DNA from: Bradymonadia bacterium
GTDB taxonomy: Bacteria > Myxococcota_A > Bradymonadia > UBA7976 > UBA1532
Reading direction: 5' to 3'
DNA length: 61,067 nt
Assembly: GCA_046290225.1 (NCBI GenBank)
Contig: JBKAGE010000059.1
Coordinates: 1 to 61,067 of the forward strand
Each line of letters begins with the position of its first letter. Positions within the stretch are counted from its first letter, which is position 1. Positions 60,461 to 61,067 of the stretch are shown piece after piece. The notes under the pieces are model-generated. The model was given only the letters and a program-made list of their open reading frames with translations. It had not been told where the DNA came from and did not search any database. A program made the position numbers and the translations under genes.

Positions 60461-60968
60461 ATGTCAGAGCCCACCACCGACAACCTGCATCGCTTCATCT
60501 CACTCGACCACAGCTTCCGGGTGGTGGCCGCGGTGAACACCGAGGTGGTCCGAGAGGCCTGCCTGCGTCACAACATCACCGGCCTCGCCGCCGTGGCCCT
60601 GGGCCGGGCCCTCACCGCCGCCCAGCTGATGGCCACCCTCGGCAAGAACGAGGAGCGCATCACGATCCAGATCCGCGGCTCGGGCCCTCTTCGGGGCATC
60701 GTCGTCGACGCCTGGAGCAACGGCGGCGCTCGAGGCTATGTCACCGAGCCTGTGCAGGTGACCCCGCCCGAGGGCCGCATCTGGCTCTATAAGCTCGTGG
60801 GGCGCCAGGGCACAGTGACTGTGCAGCGCGACGTGGGCCTCAAGGACATCTACCAGGGCACCCGCGAGTTGGTGCAGGGCGAGGTGGACGAGGACATCGA
60901 GGGCTACCTGCGCAACAGCGAGCAGATCCCCTCGGCCCTGGGCTGTGACGTGATCCTCGACGAGGCCG
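60461..60968 (+). pseudogene. hslO: Hsp33 chaperone, 5' part, interrupted by an IS insertion
   Basis: ALGRALTA, GPLRGIVVDA, RGYV, YQG and YLRNSEQIPSA motifs. Similarity ends at GCDVILDEA and the Zn-binding C-terminal domain is missing. Confidence 0.85.
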
Positions 60969-61067
60969 CAGGGCAATCGCACGTTAAAACCCGGTGAGGA
61001 CTTGGACTAAGAAGGGCCTGTCCCAACCGGCGATGCGGCGTTTGGCGGACATGCTGCATTTCTTGGG
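60969..61067 (-). mobile_element. Right end of an ISAs1-family insertion sequence (transposase C-terminus 60984..>61067 plus terminal inverted repeat)
   Basis: The minus strand reads PKKCSMSAKRRIAGWDRPFLVQVLTGF*, followed by CGTGCGATTGCCCTG; both are typical of ISAs1/H-repeat ends. Confidence 0.85.

Noticed and set aside
60969..60997. Natural short Hsp33 ending in AGQSHVKTR
   Set aside because: Apart from the junction Ala, these residues are read from the IS terminal repeat, not from hslO.

Overview
A GC-rich window that looks myxobacterial (Myxococcota-like). The evidence is a MYXO-CTERM protein, three Pkn-type Ser/Thr kinases, an FHA-sigma54 activator and many Cys-rich lipoproteins. It holds about 48 genes; I saw no rRNA, tRNA or CRISPR array. 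Main blocks: (1) LysR, a sigma54 response regulator, USP, a CoA-transferase-GNAT fusion, rhodanese and TatD; two of these genes share a non-canonical sigma54-like promoter. (2) A ~24 kb divergent locus centred at 17560-17820. Its right arm is a ter-type operon: TerD, an NCKX-like Ca2+ exchanger, TerZ, a TerD-TerA fusion with an in-frame TGA, two tandem TerD-like/trypsin fusions and a pseudo-caspase-kinase. Its left arm encodes a coiled-coil protein, a kinase, a pseudo-caspase-vWA protein, OmpA and a large lipoprotein. (3) A PhoB-like regulator divergent from a DUF2252 lipoprotein, porin, MYXO-CTERM protein and HAD phosphatase, with PHO-box-like repeats between them. (4) An ECF sigma/anti-sigma pair whose predicted promoter motif recurs upstream of two extremely acidic lipoproteins built from a Cx3Cx10Cx9Cx10Cx3C repeat. 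(5) HiPIP, hflX (apparent CTG start), FHA-EBP, a kinase/TPR cluster, and hslO interrupted by an ISAs1-family element at the window end. All family calls come from recognising motifs by eye; no database searches were run.
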